Positions 1-9,667 of a stretch of DNA of 64,000 bases are shown one piece after another; position 1 is the first letter of the stretch, and each line of letters opens with the position of its first letter. The DNA lies in the NCBI GenBank assembly GCA_019058315.1, contig JAHPZH010000001.1:503536-567535 (forward strand), written 5' to 3'. The position numbers were made by a program, and so were the translations under genes. This DNA comes from Candidatus Helarchaeota archaeon (GTDB lineage Archaea; Asgardarchaeota; Lokiarchaeia; Helarchaeales; RDOG01). The notes under the pieces are model-generated. The model saw nothing but the letters and a program-made list of their open reading frames with translations. It had not been told where the DNA came from and did not search any database.

Positions 1-2
1 AA

Positions 3-332
3 ATTATAACTGAAGATTGGCCAGAATATACCCAAATCCTTATTGAACGGAATCGGAAAGAGATAGGATGTCCATATCCTATTCAAACTGTTGATTGTAA
101 ATTGCCAAATTATAAGAACTCAAAAGTATTTGAAAGCAATGAAACTTTGGACTGGAAATATCCGAAAGGTGAGTGGATTAAATTAGAACACCTTGGAATG
201 AGTTATGAAGAGCAATTCAATTTTGTTTTTATGGATATAACACATGATATTGAGCCAGGACAAACCCCTGAATTTGTACAAGAACGTATAATTTCTACTG
301 GTATTGGAAAAGATGCAATATTAAGAAAATGA
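3..332 (+). CDS. 5'-truncated hypothetical protein; paralog of the 388-aa protein at 41879..43045
   Basis: The frame is open from base 3 (IITEDWPEYTQILIERNRKEIGCPYPIQTVDCKLP...). The C-terminus (GCPYPIQTVDC, LDWKYPKGE, FMDITHD, IISTGIG) aligns with GVPTPRQTLGC, FDWIYPEGA, FTDISHE, IVSKGIG of 41879..43045. Confidence 0.85.
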   Translation: MITEDWPEYTQILIERNRKEIGCPYPIQTVDCKLPNYKNSKVFESNETLDWKYPKGEWIKLEHLGMSYEEQFNFVFMDITHDIEPGQTPEFVQERIISTGIGKDAILRK

Positions 333-337
333 AATAC

Positions 338-721
338 TTAATCTTCATTTTTACTTTCATGAATTCTTTCTTCTAGGTTTGGACAAATTAAGGCAATAAA
401 ACCAGCTCCAGTTCCCCACAAAGTTGCTAAATAAAACCCACCACCAGTTATTGTACCAACTATTGCTGCAAATAATATAATACATCCTCCAATTCTATAT
501 TTAAACGAATAAACAAAAACTCCACCGATCACCATGAGAATAGCAAAAATTATACTTAACATTCCCGCTATTAAACCAACTTGAGAAAAAAGTGGAGCAA
601 GATCTTTTGCGAATTTTTCTCCAAAGCCTATAAATAAAATTCCTGCTAAAAATAAGAATATACTACTAATGATAGCGAGCATTCCGGAAGCACTTGCTGT
701 TGCTAATTTTTCTCTCTCCAT
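338..721 (-). CDS. small multi-pass membrane protein (tandem paralog 1)
   Basis: 3-4 hydrophobic Gly-rich helices; near-identical N-terminus MEREKLATAS and C-terminal GAGFIALICPNLE shared with 817..1200. Confidence 0.8.
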   Translation of the reverse strand: MEREKLATASASGMLAIISSIFLFLAGILFIGFGEKFAKDLAPLFSQVGLIAGMLSIIFAILMVIGGVFVYSFKYRIGGCIILFAAIVGTITGGGFYLATLWGTGAGFIALICPNLEERIHESKNED

Positions 722-816
722 AAACCTAACTTGCTTAAAACAAATTTAAATTATTATTTTATAGCTGATTCATAATTTACAATTATAAATTGTCTAAAAA
801 AAGAATATATTTGAAA

Positions 817-1200
817 TTATGATTTTCCTTGTTGGATTTTTGCTTCTAAATTAGGACAAATTAATGCAATAAATCCTGCACCACTTCCCCAAAGAGTTGC
901 AACATAGAAACCACCACCAGCAACAATGCCCACAATTGATGCAATTAAAATAAGTATTCCTCCAATTCTATACTGAAATGTATAAACTAGATAACCGCCA
1001 ATTATACACATAACTGCAAAAATAAAACTTAAAATGCCCGCAGTTATACTTTGGTTACCTTGCGCAAAAAGGGGAGCAAGGTCTTTTGTAAACGTTTCTC
1101 CAAAGCCTATAAATAAAATACCTGCTATAACATACCAAAGCGCGCTAATTATTCCTAACATACCAGCAGCACTTGCTGTTGCTAATTTTTCTCTTTCCAT
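817..1200 (-). CDS. small multi-pass membrane protein (tandem paralog 2)
   Basis: Aligns end to end with 338..721; both are 127 aa. Confidence 0.8.
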   Translation of the reverse strand: MEREKLATASAAGMLGIISALWYVIAGILFIGFGETFTKDLAPLFAQGNQSITAGILSFIFAVMCIIGGYLVYTFQYRIGGILILIASIVGIVAGGGFYVATLWGSGAGFIALICPNLEAKIQQGKS

Positions 1201-1322
1201 AAGAAATCCTTCTCAAATTTTATTAAAAATTTTTAGGATTAAAAAAAAAAATACAATTAATATTTTTAAATGAAAAAAACGTCTTTTTTTATGTTTCGAT
1301 TCTAAATAATTAGGAAGTTTGA

Positions 1323-2357
1323 TTGGGTATGAACGATTTTTGGTTCGCTATGTATCATACTTATTCAATTAAAAAAAGTTTTGATAAACGAGCTCTAAAA
1401 ATTTTTGAGAAAGATGTAAAATTTGCCCAAGAATTAGGAATTGAAGGATTAGTCCTTGAGGATTATTACAATGATTGGATTTGGGGCGAATACACAAATT
1501 TTTGGAATGAAAAAACCTTCCGAGAAATGGTTAAAATTGTTCATGATTATGGATTAAAGTTTATTCCTTATTTAGATGTAACTGAATTGGGAGTACATGG
1601 GAAAGTTTATAAACAAAATGGAAGAAAATGGGGAGCAAAAAACCGTTGGGGCAAAAATTATTCAGCATTCTCATCAATCTTTCTTGCTGATTACTATCCT
1701 GTGGATTGGCGAACTAAGTTAATGTGTCCCTCCCCCTCTTCTGGATGGTTTAATTATCTTACGAATCAAGCTCATGTATTATTAACTCAATACGAAGTCG
1801 ACGGGATATATCTAGACCGAATGGATTATCGTACAACTTGCTATGATCATTCTAAAGATCAGGCACACTTCATTCAAGGAATACCCGCTTTAGTAAAAAG
1901 TATAAGGGATGAAGTTAAGAATGCTAGTTTAAAAAATTTATTAATAATTAATGATTCATGTGTAGATCCAGATCCCCCGTTGATAAAATGTATGAAATTA
2001 GCAGATTTTGTTCTCACGGAATTATTACCCATAGACACTGATACAACCGATTTTAATTGGAGATTTTTAATGGAATATGGTGATATAATCTGGACGTTTC
2101 ATAGATTTATAAAACCTGTAATTAAACTATCAACGAATCTATCTTTTCTATCTGGTGCGATGTTAGATACTAATCGTCTACAAAGAATAATTAACAGATT
2201 AAAAATCCATGTTGGAAAAAAAATCATTGTATTTTCTCACAGAAAGGATTATGAAGGGTTTAAAGCTATTAAAAAAATTGTTGAAAAGAATAAATTAAAG
2301 CAAGGTTTTTTTCCGGGTAGAAAAAATTTACATACGATTAAAAAATTTTTCAAATAA
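1323..2357 (+). CDS. glycoside hydrolase-like TIM-barrel protein
   Basis: Motifs FREMVKIVHDYGLKFIPY, MCP..S.WFNYL and VDGIYLD are typical of GH-like (beta/alpha)8 proteins; the family cannot be assigned. Confidence 0.6.
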   Translation: MGMNDFWFAMYHTYSIKKSFDKRALKIFEKDVKFAQELGIEGLVLEDYYNDWIWGEYTNFWNEKTFREMVKIVHDYGLKFIPYLDVTELGVHGKVYKQNGRKWGAKNRWGKNYSAFSSIFLADYYPVDWRTKLMCPSPSSGWFNYLTNQAHVLLTQYEVDGIYLDRMDYRTTCYDHSKDQAHFIQGIPALVKSIRDEVKNASLKNLLIINDSCVDPDPPLIKCMKLADFVLTELLPIDTDTTDFNWRFLMEYGDIIWTFHRFIKPVIKLSTNLSFLSGAMLDTNRLQRIINRLKIHVGKKIIVFSHRKDYEGFKAIKKIVEKNKLKQGFFPGRKNLHTIKKFFK

Positions 2358-2420
2358 AAAAATATAAATTATTTTAATATTTTGTTCCTCTTAATAATAT
2401 AAAAAACGGCAGTTACAACC

Positions 2421-3272
2421 ATGGATATACTCGAATTACTTTTTTCAAACTTAGAAATCAACATTGCGCCTCCAGATATTGTTTTTGCAATGTTGTTAAC
2501 TATCATTGCTGGCCTATCAACTGGAATAGGGAGTGTTATTGCATATGCTATTAAAAAGCCTAAACTGAGTTATTTATCGGTCCTATTGGCATTATCCGCT
2601 GGAGTCATGCTCTATATATCATTTGTAGAGCTTTTAGTAACTGCAATTTATGATGTAGGGTTTGCTTGTGCTAATTGCTTTTTTTTCGTTGGGATAGGAA
2701 TTATCTTGTTAATTGATCTTATAGTTCCTCATGCATATGAACAAGAAACGGACTGTGATTTATCTCAACTAATTGATAGTGAAGGTAAAGAATGTACAAT
2801 CTGCCCAGAAGATAGAAATTGCTTAATGAGGACTGGATTATTTGTTGCTTTAGGCATTGCAATTCATAATTTTCCAGAAGGATTAGTAACATTTAGTAGT
2901 GCACTATCAGGTAATATTTCTTTATCAATAACGGTCGCATTTGCAATCGCTATTCATAATATTCCAGAAGGAATTTCAGTTTCAATCCCAATTTTTTATG
3001 CAACGGGAAGTAAGAAAAAAGGAATGTTATATTCTCTAATATCTGGATTATCCGAGCCAGTAGGTGCATTAATAGGCTTATTAATCATATTACCATTTTT
3101 AAATGTATTATTATTATCTAGTGTTCTAGCAGCTGTTGCTGGAATAATGGTTTATATTAGCCTGGACGAATTACTTCCAAATGCCCAAAAATTTGGCAAA
3201 GAACATTTGGTTCTTGGTGGTATTTTAGCAGGTATGGGCATTATGGTTATTAGTTTAATTTTCTTACCTTAA
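2421..3272 (+). CDS. zupT: ZIP-family zinc/divalent metal transporter ZupT
   Basis: AGLSTGIG, SAGVMLYISF, IAIHNFPEG, IAIHNIPEG, SGLSEPVGA, GIMVYISLDELLP. Confidence 0.93.
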   Translation: MDILELLFSNLEINIAPPDIVFAMLLTIIAGLSTGIGSVIAYAIKKPKLSYLSVLLALSAGVMLYISFVELLVTAIYDVGFACANCFFFVGIGIILLIDLIVPHAYEQETDCDLSQLIDSEGKECTICPEDRNCLMRTGLFVALGIAIHNFPEGLVTFSSALSGNISLSITVAFAIAIHNIPEGISVSIPIFYATGSKKKGMLYSLISGLSEPVGALIGLLIILPFLNVLLLSSVLAAVAGIMVYISLDELLPNAQKFGKEHLVLGGILAGMGIMVISLIFLP

Positions 3273-3333
3273 TCAGTTAATTTTTTTATTAGAATTGAAA
3301 AAAGAATTTCATTTTATTTTAAAATTTGGCTTT

Positions 3334-3390
3334 TTTAATAAACCTAAAAGTCTTAGACATACCTTAATATATCCCTTAGGTATACCTAAG
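3334..3390. promoter_or_regulatory. DtxR/MntR-type operator array upstream of feoA
   Basis: Perfect 16-bp palindrome CTTAGGTATACCTAAG (3375-3390), plus degenerate copies TTAGACATACCTTA (3353-3366) and TTTAATAAACCTAA (3334-3347). It resembles TTAGGTTAACCTAA-type DtxR-family boxes, and two DtxR genes lie in the locus. Confidence 0.75.
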
Positions 3391-3436
3391 TTTTAGTAAG
3401 TTTTCTAATCTTCAATTAAACATGAGAGTTTTTGTT

Positions 3437-3673
3437 ATGAAAGAGATTTCCTTGAGTCTAGTAAAACCAGGTGACAAAGGAAAAATTTCCAAAATTGGTG
3501 GAAACCGTCGATATCGTAAAAGATTATTGGATTTAGGATTAACAAGGGGTGTTTTGATTGAAGTGATCAGAAATGCGCCTCTAGGTGATCCTATAGAAAT
3601 AAATGTACGAGAATATAAATTAAGTTTGCGCAGAGCTGAAGCAAAGGATATTTTTATTATCCTTGATGAATGA
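3437..3673 (+). CDS. feoA: ferrous iron transport protein A
   Basis: RKRLLDLGLTRG...APLGDPIEI...LSLRRAEA. An alternative ATG lies at 3422. Confidence 0.95.
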   Translation: MKEISLSLVKPGDKGKISKIGGNRRYRKRLLDLGLTRGVLIEVIRNAPLGDPIEINVREYKLSLRRAEAKDIFIILDE

Positions 3674-3736
3674 AAAATCCCCCAAACTTAATTTAATTTT
3701 AAAATTGATTGTTAATTTATTTTGAGAGTAAAAAAT

Positions 3737-4441
3737 ATGACTATTACAGTTGCCTTAATTGGTAATCCTAATGTAGGAAAGACAGTAATATTTAATAATT
3801 TAACAGGAGCAAAACAACATGTTGGGAATTGGCCTGGAGTTACTGTCGAAAAAAAAGTAGGAAAATGTATTTATAATGGAATTGAAATGAATATAGTCGA
3901 CTTGCCCGGAACTTATTCTTTAACAGCAAGATCTATTGATGAAGTTGTTGCTAGAGACTTCATTATGAACGAGCAACCTGATGTTGTGGTAGATATAGTT
4001 GATGCTACAAACTTAGAGCGGAATTTATATTTAACGCTCCTTCTTCTTGAAGTTAATGCGAATTTAGTTATCGCTTTAAATATGTGGGATGTTATTGAAG
4101 CAAGTGGAGCTAAAATAGATGTTCAACAACTTTCTGAGCGTCTTGGAGTTCCAATAGTTCCTACCGCTGGAACTTTAAATAGAGGAATGAAAGAACTTAA
4201 AGAAGAAATTATAAAAACTTCTAAGAAAAAGGCGATTTCAACTCAAAAAATAATTAAGTATAGGCCTGAACTTGAAGATAAAATTTCAAAAATCATAAAA
4301 ATCTTAGAACCACACCAACTTCCAAATTGTAATTATCCTCTGCGCTGGGTAGCTATTAAAGTTCTAGAGGGGGATATGGTTGTTTTAAACAACCTTAAAC
4401 TTGCTAAAAAGTATAATGACGTTATGGAGATTATAAAATGA
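3737..4441 (+). CDS. feoB: FeoB N-terminal GTPase/GDI part (split feoB)
   Basis: GNPNVGKT, VGNWPGVTVEKK, DLPGTYSL, DATNLERNLYL, NMWD; ends at a TGA that overlaps the next ATG. Confidence 0.93.
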   Translation: MTITVALIGNPNVGKTVIFNNLTGAKQHVGNWPGVTVEKKVGKCIYNGIEMNIVDLPGTYSLTARSIDEVVARDFIMNEQPDVVVDIVDATNLERNLYLTLLLLEVNANLVIALNMWDVIEASGAKIDVQQLSERLGVPIVPTAGTLNRGMKELKEEIIKTSKKKAISTQKIIKYRPELEDKISKIIKILEPHQLPNCNYPLRWVAIKVLEGDMVVLNNLKLAKKYNDVMEIIK

Positions 4442-5907
4442 GCGAAGAAGTCGATTATGAATTAGAACTTACTGAAAATCGATATGAAATAATCGATAAA
4501 GTACTTAAAGGGGTATATACAAAACCAGGGGAAAAGGTAACTTGGACTGAGCTTCTAGATCATGTGCTTCTTAATAAATATTTAGCGATTCCGATCTTTA
4601 TCGCGATATTATGGGCTATGTTTCAGTTTACTTTCGAAGTAGCAGCTCCCCTAATGGAGCTTGTTAAGATAGGATTCACCACACTAGTAAATGTAATCAA
4701 ATCACCTTTCGAAATCAATGTTCCGCCAGATTGGCTTCCTGATCTCGTAAAACTTTTAGGAATCGGTTCCTTCCTTAACCGCCCCGATGGTGATGCTATA
4801 TTCTTTCTATGGAAAGAATTAGCAACTAGTCCTTCAGAAATCTGGGGTTCTTTTCTAGGTGATGGAATTATCGGTGGAGTTGGGTTAATCCTCACATTCG
4901 TTCCAAATATATTTTTGTTATTTCTGTTCCTTTCTTTTCTAGAAGATAGCGGTTATCTTAGTCGTGCTGCATTTATTTTAGATAGAGCAATGGTGAAACT
5001 TGGCTTGCACGGAAAATCCGTTATTCCCATGTTAGTTGGTTTCGGTTGCAATGTTCCCGCAATTATGGCAGCCAGAACTATTGATGATGAGGTCGATAGA
5101 AGAATTACAATTCTAACTAACCCATTTATTTCTTGTGGAGCAAGATTGCCCATTTACATTTTAATAGGTGGTTTCTTTTTTAGTGCTGCAGCAAGTTCGA
5201 TTGTATTTGTTCTTTATATTTTAGGTATGATGATTGCTATAATAATGGGTTTTATTTTGAGAAAAACAATAATGAAATCAAAACCATCAGCATTTATATT
5301 AGAATTTCCGCCATATAGGTCACCAACAATCAAGAGCGCAAGTTTACATATGTGGGAAAGAGGTAGGGAATATATAATAAAAGTATTTACCATAATCTTT
5401 ATAGGTTCTATTTTTATATGGATGATAACCTATTTACCTTGGAAAAACCAACCATATAACTCAATAGGGGCTTTATTTGGAAAATTATTAACCCCAATTT
5501 TTGAACCATTGGGGTTTATAACCAGCCCTATATCCTGGATATTAATAGTTGCATTGATTTTTGGTTTTGTCGCAAAAGAAATGGTAGTTGGTGTAATCGG
5601 TATTATTATGGCTGCAATTGTCACTTCATTTGGTCTAATTGCAGAAGTAGCAGGATTCCAAAGTTTAGTAGGTATTAATCTAGGAGATATTTTTAGTTAT
5701 AACCTATTGTTTACATCAAACATAACAGTATTTTCATACCTAGTATTTACCCTCTTATATATACCCTGCCTTGCCACTGTTGCGGTAATAAAAAAAGAGT
5801 TGAATAGTTGGAAATGGACTTTATTTTCAATATTCTATTCATTTGGTGTTGCCTATATAGCGAGTTTCTTAATTTCTGGTATAGCACATTTATTGGGAAT
5901 TATTTAA
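4438..5907 (+). CDS. feoB: FeoB membrane permease part (split feoB)
   Basis: LEDSGYLSRAAF, GKSVIPMLVGFGCNVPAIMAAR, SCGARLP, FVAKE, LYIPCLAT; own GGAG RBS and ATGA overlap. Confidence 0.93.
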   Translation: MSEEVDYELELTENRYEIIDKVLKGVYTKPGEKVTWTELLDHVLLNKYLAIPIFIAILWAMFQFTFEVAAPLMELVKIGFTTLVNVIKSPFEINVPPDWLPDLVKLLGIGSFLNRPDGDAIFFLWKELATSPSEIWGSFLGDGIIGGVGLILTFVPNIFLLFLFLSFLEDSGYLSRAAFILDRAMVKLGLHGKSVIPMLVGFGCNVPAIMAARTIDDEVDRRITILTNPFISCGARLPIYILIGGFFFSAAASSIVFVLYILGMMIAIIMGFILRKTIMKSKPSAFILEFPPYRSPTIKSASLHMWERGREYIIKVFTIIFIGSIFIWMITYLPWKNQPYNSIGALFGKLLTPIFEPLGFITSPISWILIVALIFGFVAKEMVVGVIGIIMAAIVTSFGLIAEVAGFQSLVGINLGDIFSYNLLFTSNITVFSYLVFTLLYIPCLATVAVIKKELNSWKWTLFSIFYSFGVAYIASFLISGIAHLLGII

Positions 5908-5919
5908 GGTGAATTAACT

Positions 5920-6552
5920 TTGAATAAATTTGAAAAAAAGACCATAACTTATAAAGATTCGACAAAAGAAAAGATGGCGATATATAGCCTTACAATTGGA
6001 TTAATTGGTATTATTTTGGGTTTAATTATTATTGTCTTAGGTGTAATGGATTTTCTAGGATATAATTTTATACCTATTTGGGTTAAATATCTACGAAATT
6101 CGAATTATGCCACTATATTGGCTGTGTTCTTAGTACCCGAATTGGAAAATTCCTTTTTTCTACCCTTACAAATTCTTGCTGAAATAAACCCCTATAATAC
6201 AGCTTTTAAATTCGTATGGGAAACTCCAATTTATATATTTGATATTCTTAAACCTGATATATTTTTAGGGATTATTTTTATAATTATTGGAGTGATATTC
6301 TTATCTGGGGTAAATGATTTATTTGGAAAAAAAGATATTGGTGTATCACATCTAGTTGTAGGTTCTATGCTTTCTCTTGGATTTGGAATTATCTATTTTC
6401 TAATATTCCTTGCTCATGGAGCGATGTTTTTACTTGGAAATGATGACTATCTCTCTTGGAAAGCACTATATGACTTTAGCCCCGCAATTTGGTTGGCATT
6501 TTTATCAATCCCTGGAGGTTTAATCGCCTGGAATATTAAAGATATTAAATAA
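5920..6552 (+). CDS. hypothetical membrane protein in the feo operon
   Basis: About 4-5 hydrophobic segments; TTG start with AGGTGA RBS, 12 bp after feoB. Confidence 0.75.
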   Translation: MNKFEKKTITYKDSTKEKMAIYSLTIGLIGIILGLIIIVLGVMDFLGYNFIPIWVKYLRNSNYATILAVFLVPELENSFFLPLQILAEINPYNTAFKFVWETPIYIFDILKPDIFLGIIFIIIGVIFLSGVNDLFGKKDIGVSHLVVGSMLSLGFGIIYFLIFLAHGAMFLLGNDDYLSWKALYDFSPAIWLAFLSIPGGLIAWNIKDIK

Positions 6553-6573
6553 TTATTTGGATAAGGTATAGAT

Positions 6574-6852
6574 TTGTTTCGAAAAATTTTGAATTATTTA
6601 AAAGATAAAAAGGTGATAAGTTTGAGGGAAATTGCTAAGGTCTTAAATAAAGATATCTCGATTATATCAGATGCTGTCAATTTATTAACTATTAAGGGAT
6701 ATTTGATTAATTTGAATTGTTGTGAAATCAATCCCAATCATAAGAATAAATGCTTATTATGTTCTCAAAAATCTGTATGTCATTCCAATTTTGAAAATCA
6801 ATATGAAATCACCCCTAAAGGACTCCAATACTCCAAAGGAGGAGTTGAATAA
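6574..6852 (+). CDS. FeoC-like winged-helix protein with Cys cluster
   Basis: wHTH (ILNYLK..ISLREIAKVLN...LLTIKGYL) followed by CC...CxxCxxxxxC; located in the feo operon. Confidence 0.7.
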   Translation: MFRKILNYLKDKKVISLREIAKVLNKDISIISDAVNLLTIKGYLINLNCCEINPNHKNKCLLCSQKSVCHSNFENQYEITPKGLQYSKGGVE

Positions 6853-6857
6853 GAAAA

Positions 6858-7328
6858 ATGAAATCAATTAGCCTAAGTAGAAAAAAAGAAGATTATATAA
6901 AAGCTATAAAAAAAATTATTGAGAAAGAAAATTTTGCTAGAACAAAAGATATTGCTAATGAACTTAATATAACACCACCTAGTGTTTCTGAAATGCTAAA
7001 AAAATTACGAAATGAAGGTGTTATAAATTATGAAAAAAATAAACCTATCACATTTACTGAAAAAGGGGAAAAAATTGCTAAAGAAATAACCGAGGAATAT
7101 CAAGTACTTTCTCAATTATTAATTAATCTTTTAGTACCAGAAGAAATTGCATTACTTGATGCCTGTAATATGGAACATAATTTACATGAAGAAACAGTAA
7201 TTCAATTGAAAAGATTTGTAAAATTTATTGAGTCGGTGCCTGATACACCAAAATGGTTAACTCATTTTGAGGAATTTTGTCAATCTGGAACATTTGAATG
7301 CAAAGAAATTGAAAAAAGTATAAAGTAA
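6858..7328 (+). CDS. DtxR/MntR-family metal-dependent transcriptional regulator
   Basis: EDYIKAI, ARTKDIANELNITPPSVSEMLKKL, ACNMEH. Confidence 0.93.
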   Translation: MKSISLSRKKEDYIKAIKKIIEKENFARTKDIANELNITPPSVSEMLKKLRNEGVINYEKNKPITFTEKGEKIAKEITEEYQVLSQLLINLLVPEEIALLDACNMEHNLHEETVIQLKRFVKFIESVPDTPKWLTHFEEFCQSGTFECKEIEKSIK

Positions 7329-7434
7329 ATCATAGAATTTTAAATAATTACTTAAAAAAAATTCACTAGATTCTTTGATCCTCTTTTTTTTATAGGAAAA
7401 GTTCTACTTAAAATCGTTAAGACTCATGATATCT

Positions 7435-8130
7435 TTATATCCAACGCTTCTTGCCCTTCTTCTTCCGATGTTTTAGTTCTCTATCTGCCCAATGCTTCCA
7501 CTCCTTTCTCCAGTGTTCCCGACCAGTTTTTTTCGCTTCTACCAAAATTCTACTAGCCTGCCCAAAGCCAAGCATTAGTTCAGATCCTCTTACTTTAATT
7601 TTAACTGGTCCTCTATGTGAGCTTGTTTCTAAAATTTTTATCTCACAGTTACCACATAGACCTAATTCACTTAACCTATGGGTAATCCCATACCCCCCCT
7701 CAATCCTAACTAATCTTGCTACATCTCCCTTCTCTAAAAAAGTAAGTGGAACGATTCTTCTCCAATATTTATAATGCCTTAAAATATGCTCTAAACTTCT
7801 ATCTGTTGCATGACTGGAGATATGTTCCAATATATCAGAATAAATATGAGCAACATGATGTCCTATTTTTAGAATTTTTTTAAAAAAATCCTCAAATAAT
7901 TCATGTCTTTTATAAACACTCTTTGCAACTTCAAAACCTTTATCTGTAAAGTTAAACTCATGATTTTCGTAAGTAATATAGCCTTTTTCTATAAGTTCCT
8001 CAATATTTTTTTGGACTTCGGATTGTTCGGTTTCCAATATTAAAGCTATATCTTCATTTTCAATTTTCTTTTTATCTAAAGATAAAATGTATATGATTTT
8101 TAAGTAATCTTCTAAAGTCTTATTCTTCAT
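7435..8130 (-). CDS. DtxR-family regulator with C-terminal FeoA domain and basic His/Trp tail
   Basis: LEDYLKIIY...KRHELFEDF...ILEH, then FeoA-like RLSELGL...GPVKIKVRGS..LG. The start was moved to ATG 8130 (MKNKTLEDY). Confidence 0.85.
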   Translation of the reverse strand: MKNKTLEDYLKIIYILSLDKKKIENEDIALILETEQSEVQKNIEELIEKGYITYENHEFNFTDKGFEVAKSVYKRHELFEDFFKKILKIGHHVAHIYSDILEHISSHATDRSLEHILRHYKYWRRIVPLTFLEKGDVARLVRIEGGYGITHRLSELGLCGNCEIKILETSSHRGPVKIKVRGSELMLGFGQASRILVEAKKTGREHWRKEWKHWADRELKHRKKKGKKRWI

Positions 8131-8426
8131 TTCAATTAAGTACTCAATAATTTTTCTAAAAAACAATAATAAGGTAAATAAAAAAATCTTAGGCAATTAA
8201 AACTTTATGTAGAGATTGAATTTAATAAACCCAAATTGCCTCCTTACTTTATTTTCATTCTATATCTGGAATTTAAGGTGAAAAAATAAGATTACAACAA
8301 AAAAAATTAGCAATTCTAATTTAAAGTTTTAGTTTTTAACGTATTTTTAACCCAATCCAGATTTATTTAAATATTAAAAAATATTTAAAAAAGGTAACTT
8401 ACTTTAACTATCACGTTAATTTAAAT

Positions 8427-9632
8427 TTGGTAAAAACCTTGGAAGAGGATAATTTAATTAAGTCGGAAAATTCTAAAAATATAGTATTATTAGGAATTTT
8501 AGCATTATTAACAATTATATCAGTATCTATACTACATGCTAATGAATACGAATTTATAGTTATTAGATTTTATGGGCTAACTCTTTTTGAAACATCACTT
8601 TTCGATTCAATGTTATACATGTCTTATTTAATTATGGGTATTTCTGCTGGTATTCTATCAGATCGGTTTGGAAAACGAAAAATTTTTATTATTATTGGTA
8701 GTGGGTGTAGTATAATCTTTTTTTGGTTAATGACTATTACTTTAGAATTTGGTTTTTTACTAATTTTCAGATTTTTCCAAGGAGCATTTACAGTTTTGAG
8801 TTGGCAAGTTCTAATGACAATAGTTCTAGATTTATCCACATCTGAAAATAGGGGAAAAAACATGGGTGTTTTTGGAATTTTTCTCGCTTCTGCAATGGGC
8901 GTTGGTCCAGTTTTAGGAGGTTTATTTGCAAATTTAGGAGTATTTATTCCTTATTATGCTGCAATGATCTTCAATGGAATAGTTTTTCTAGCCACTCTTT
9001 TTCTAATGGAACCGAAACAAATTAAAAAGAATCCATCTTTTAAAAAAATTTTAACTAGTATCCAGAGACACCCTAAATTAATTATTCCTGGACTTTTTAA
9101 TTTTGTAGATCGTCTTCATATGGGATTCATTATATTTATACTTCCAATGTATCTACAATTCATTTTGTATAAAGGGCCTGAACTTCGAGGAATGGTTTTA
9201 GGATTATATGCCCTGCCACTAATACTTCTTCAATATCCAATTGGTAGATTATCTGATAAATTTGGGCGTTATAAACCGTTAATCATTGGAAGTCTAGGAT
9301 ATGGTATTATTTTAATTTCAATAGCTTTTTTTGGATCATATGGAATTTTAATGCTTATAATTTTATTTATTATCTTAGGCGTCCTCGCTGGAATAACTAC
9401 TCCTCCAGCGATGGCTTTAATTGGGGATATAGTTAACAAAGAAGAAAATGCTATAGGGATGGGTTTTTTTAATTTTGTTGGTAATGTTGGAATAATTATT
9501 GGTCCATTAATCGCTGGATATATAATAACCATTAGTAATTTTGATCTTGCATTTCTAATTGCAGGTCTAATAGAATTAATCTCGCTTGGGGTAATATTAT
9601 TAATTCTTTTCAAATTTAAGGAACTTAGCTAG
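8427..9632 (+). CDS. MFS transporter
   Basis: About 12 TM segments; motif A GILSDRFGKRK and GRLSDKFGRYK; RFFQG. Confidence 0.92.
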   Translation: MVKTLEEDNLIKSENSKNIVLLGILALLTIISVSILHANEYEFIVIRFYGLTLFETSLFDSMLYMSYLIMGISAGILSDRFGKRKIFIIIGSGCSIIFFWLMTITLEFGFLLIFRFFQGAFTVLSWQVLMTIVLDLSTSENRGKNMGVFGIFLASAMGVGPVLGGLFANLGVFIPYYAAMIFNGIVFLATLFLMEPKQIKKNPSFKKILTSIQRHPKLIIPGLFNFVDRLHMGFIIFILPMYLQFILYKGPELRGMVLGLYALPLILLQYPIGRLSDKFGRYKPLIIGSLGYGIILISIAFFGSYGILMLIILFIILGVLAGITTPPAMALIGDIVNKEENAIGMGFFNFVGNVGIIIGPLIAGYIITISNFDLAFLIAGLIELISLGVILLILFKFKELS

Positions 9633-9667
9633 TACATATAAGAAACATAAAAAATTGGCGAGATAAA

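Noticed and set aside
4430-4445. Selenocysteine or stop read-through at the feoB TGA
   Set aside because: The downstream half is in a different frame (ATGA overlap), so read-through would not fuse the two halves.
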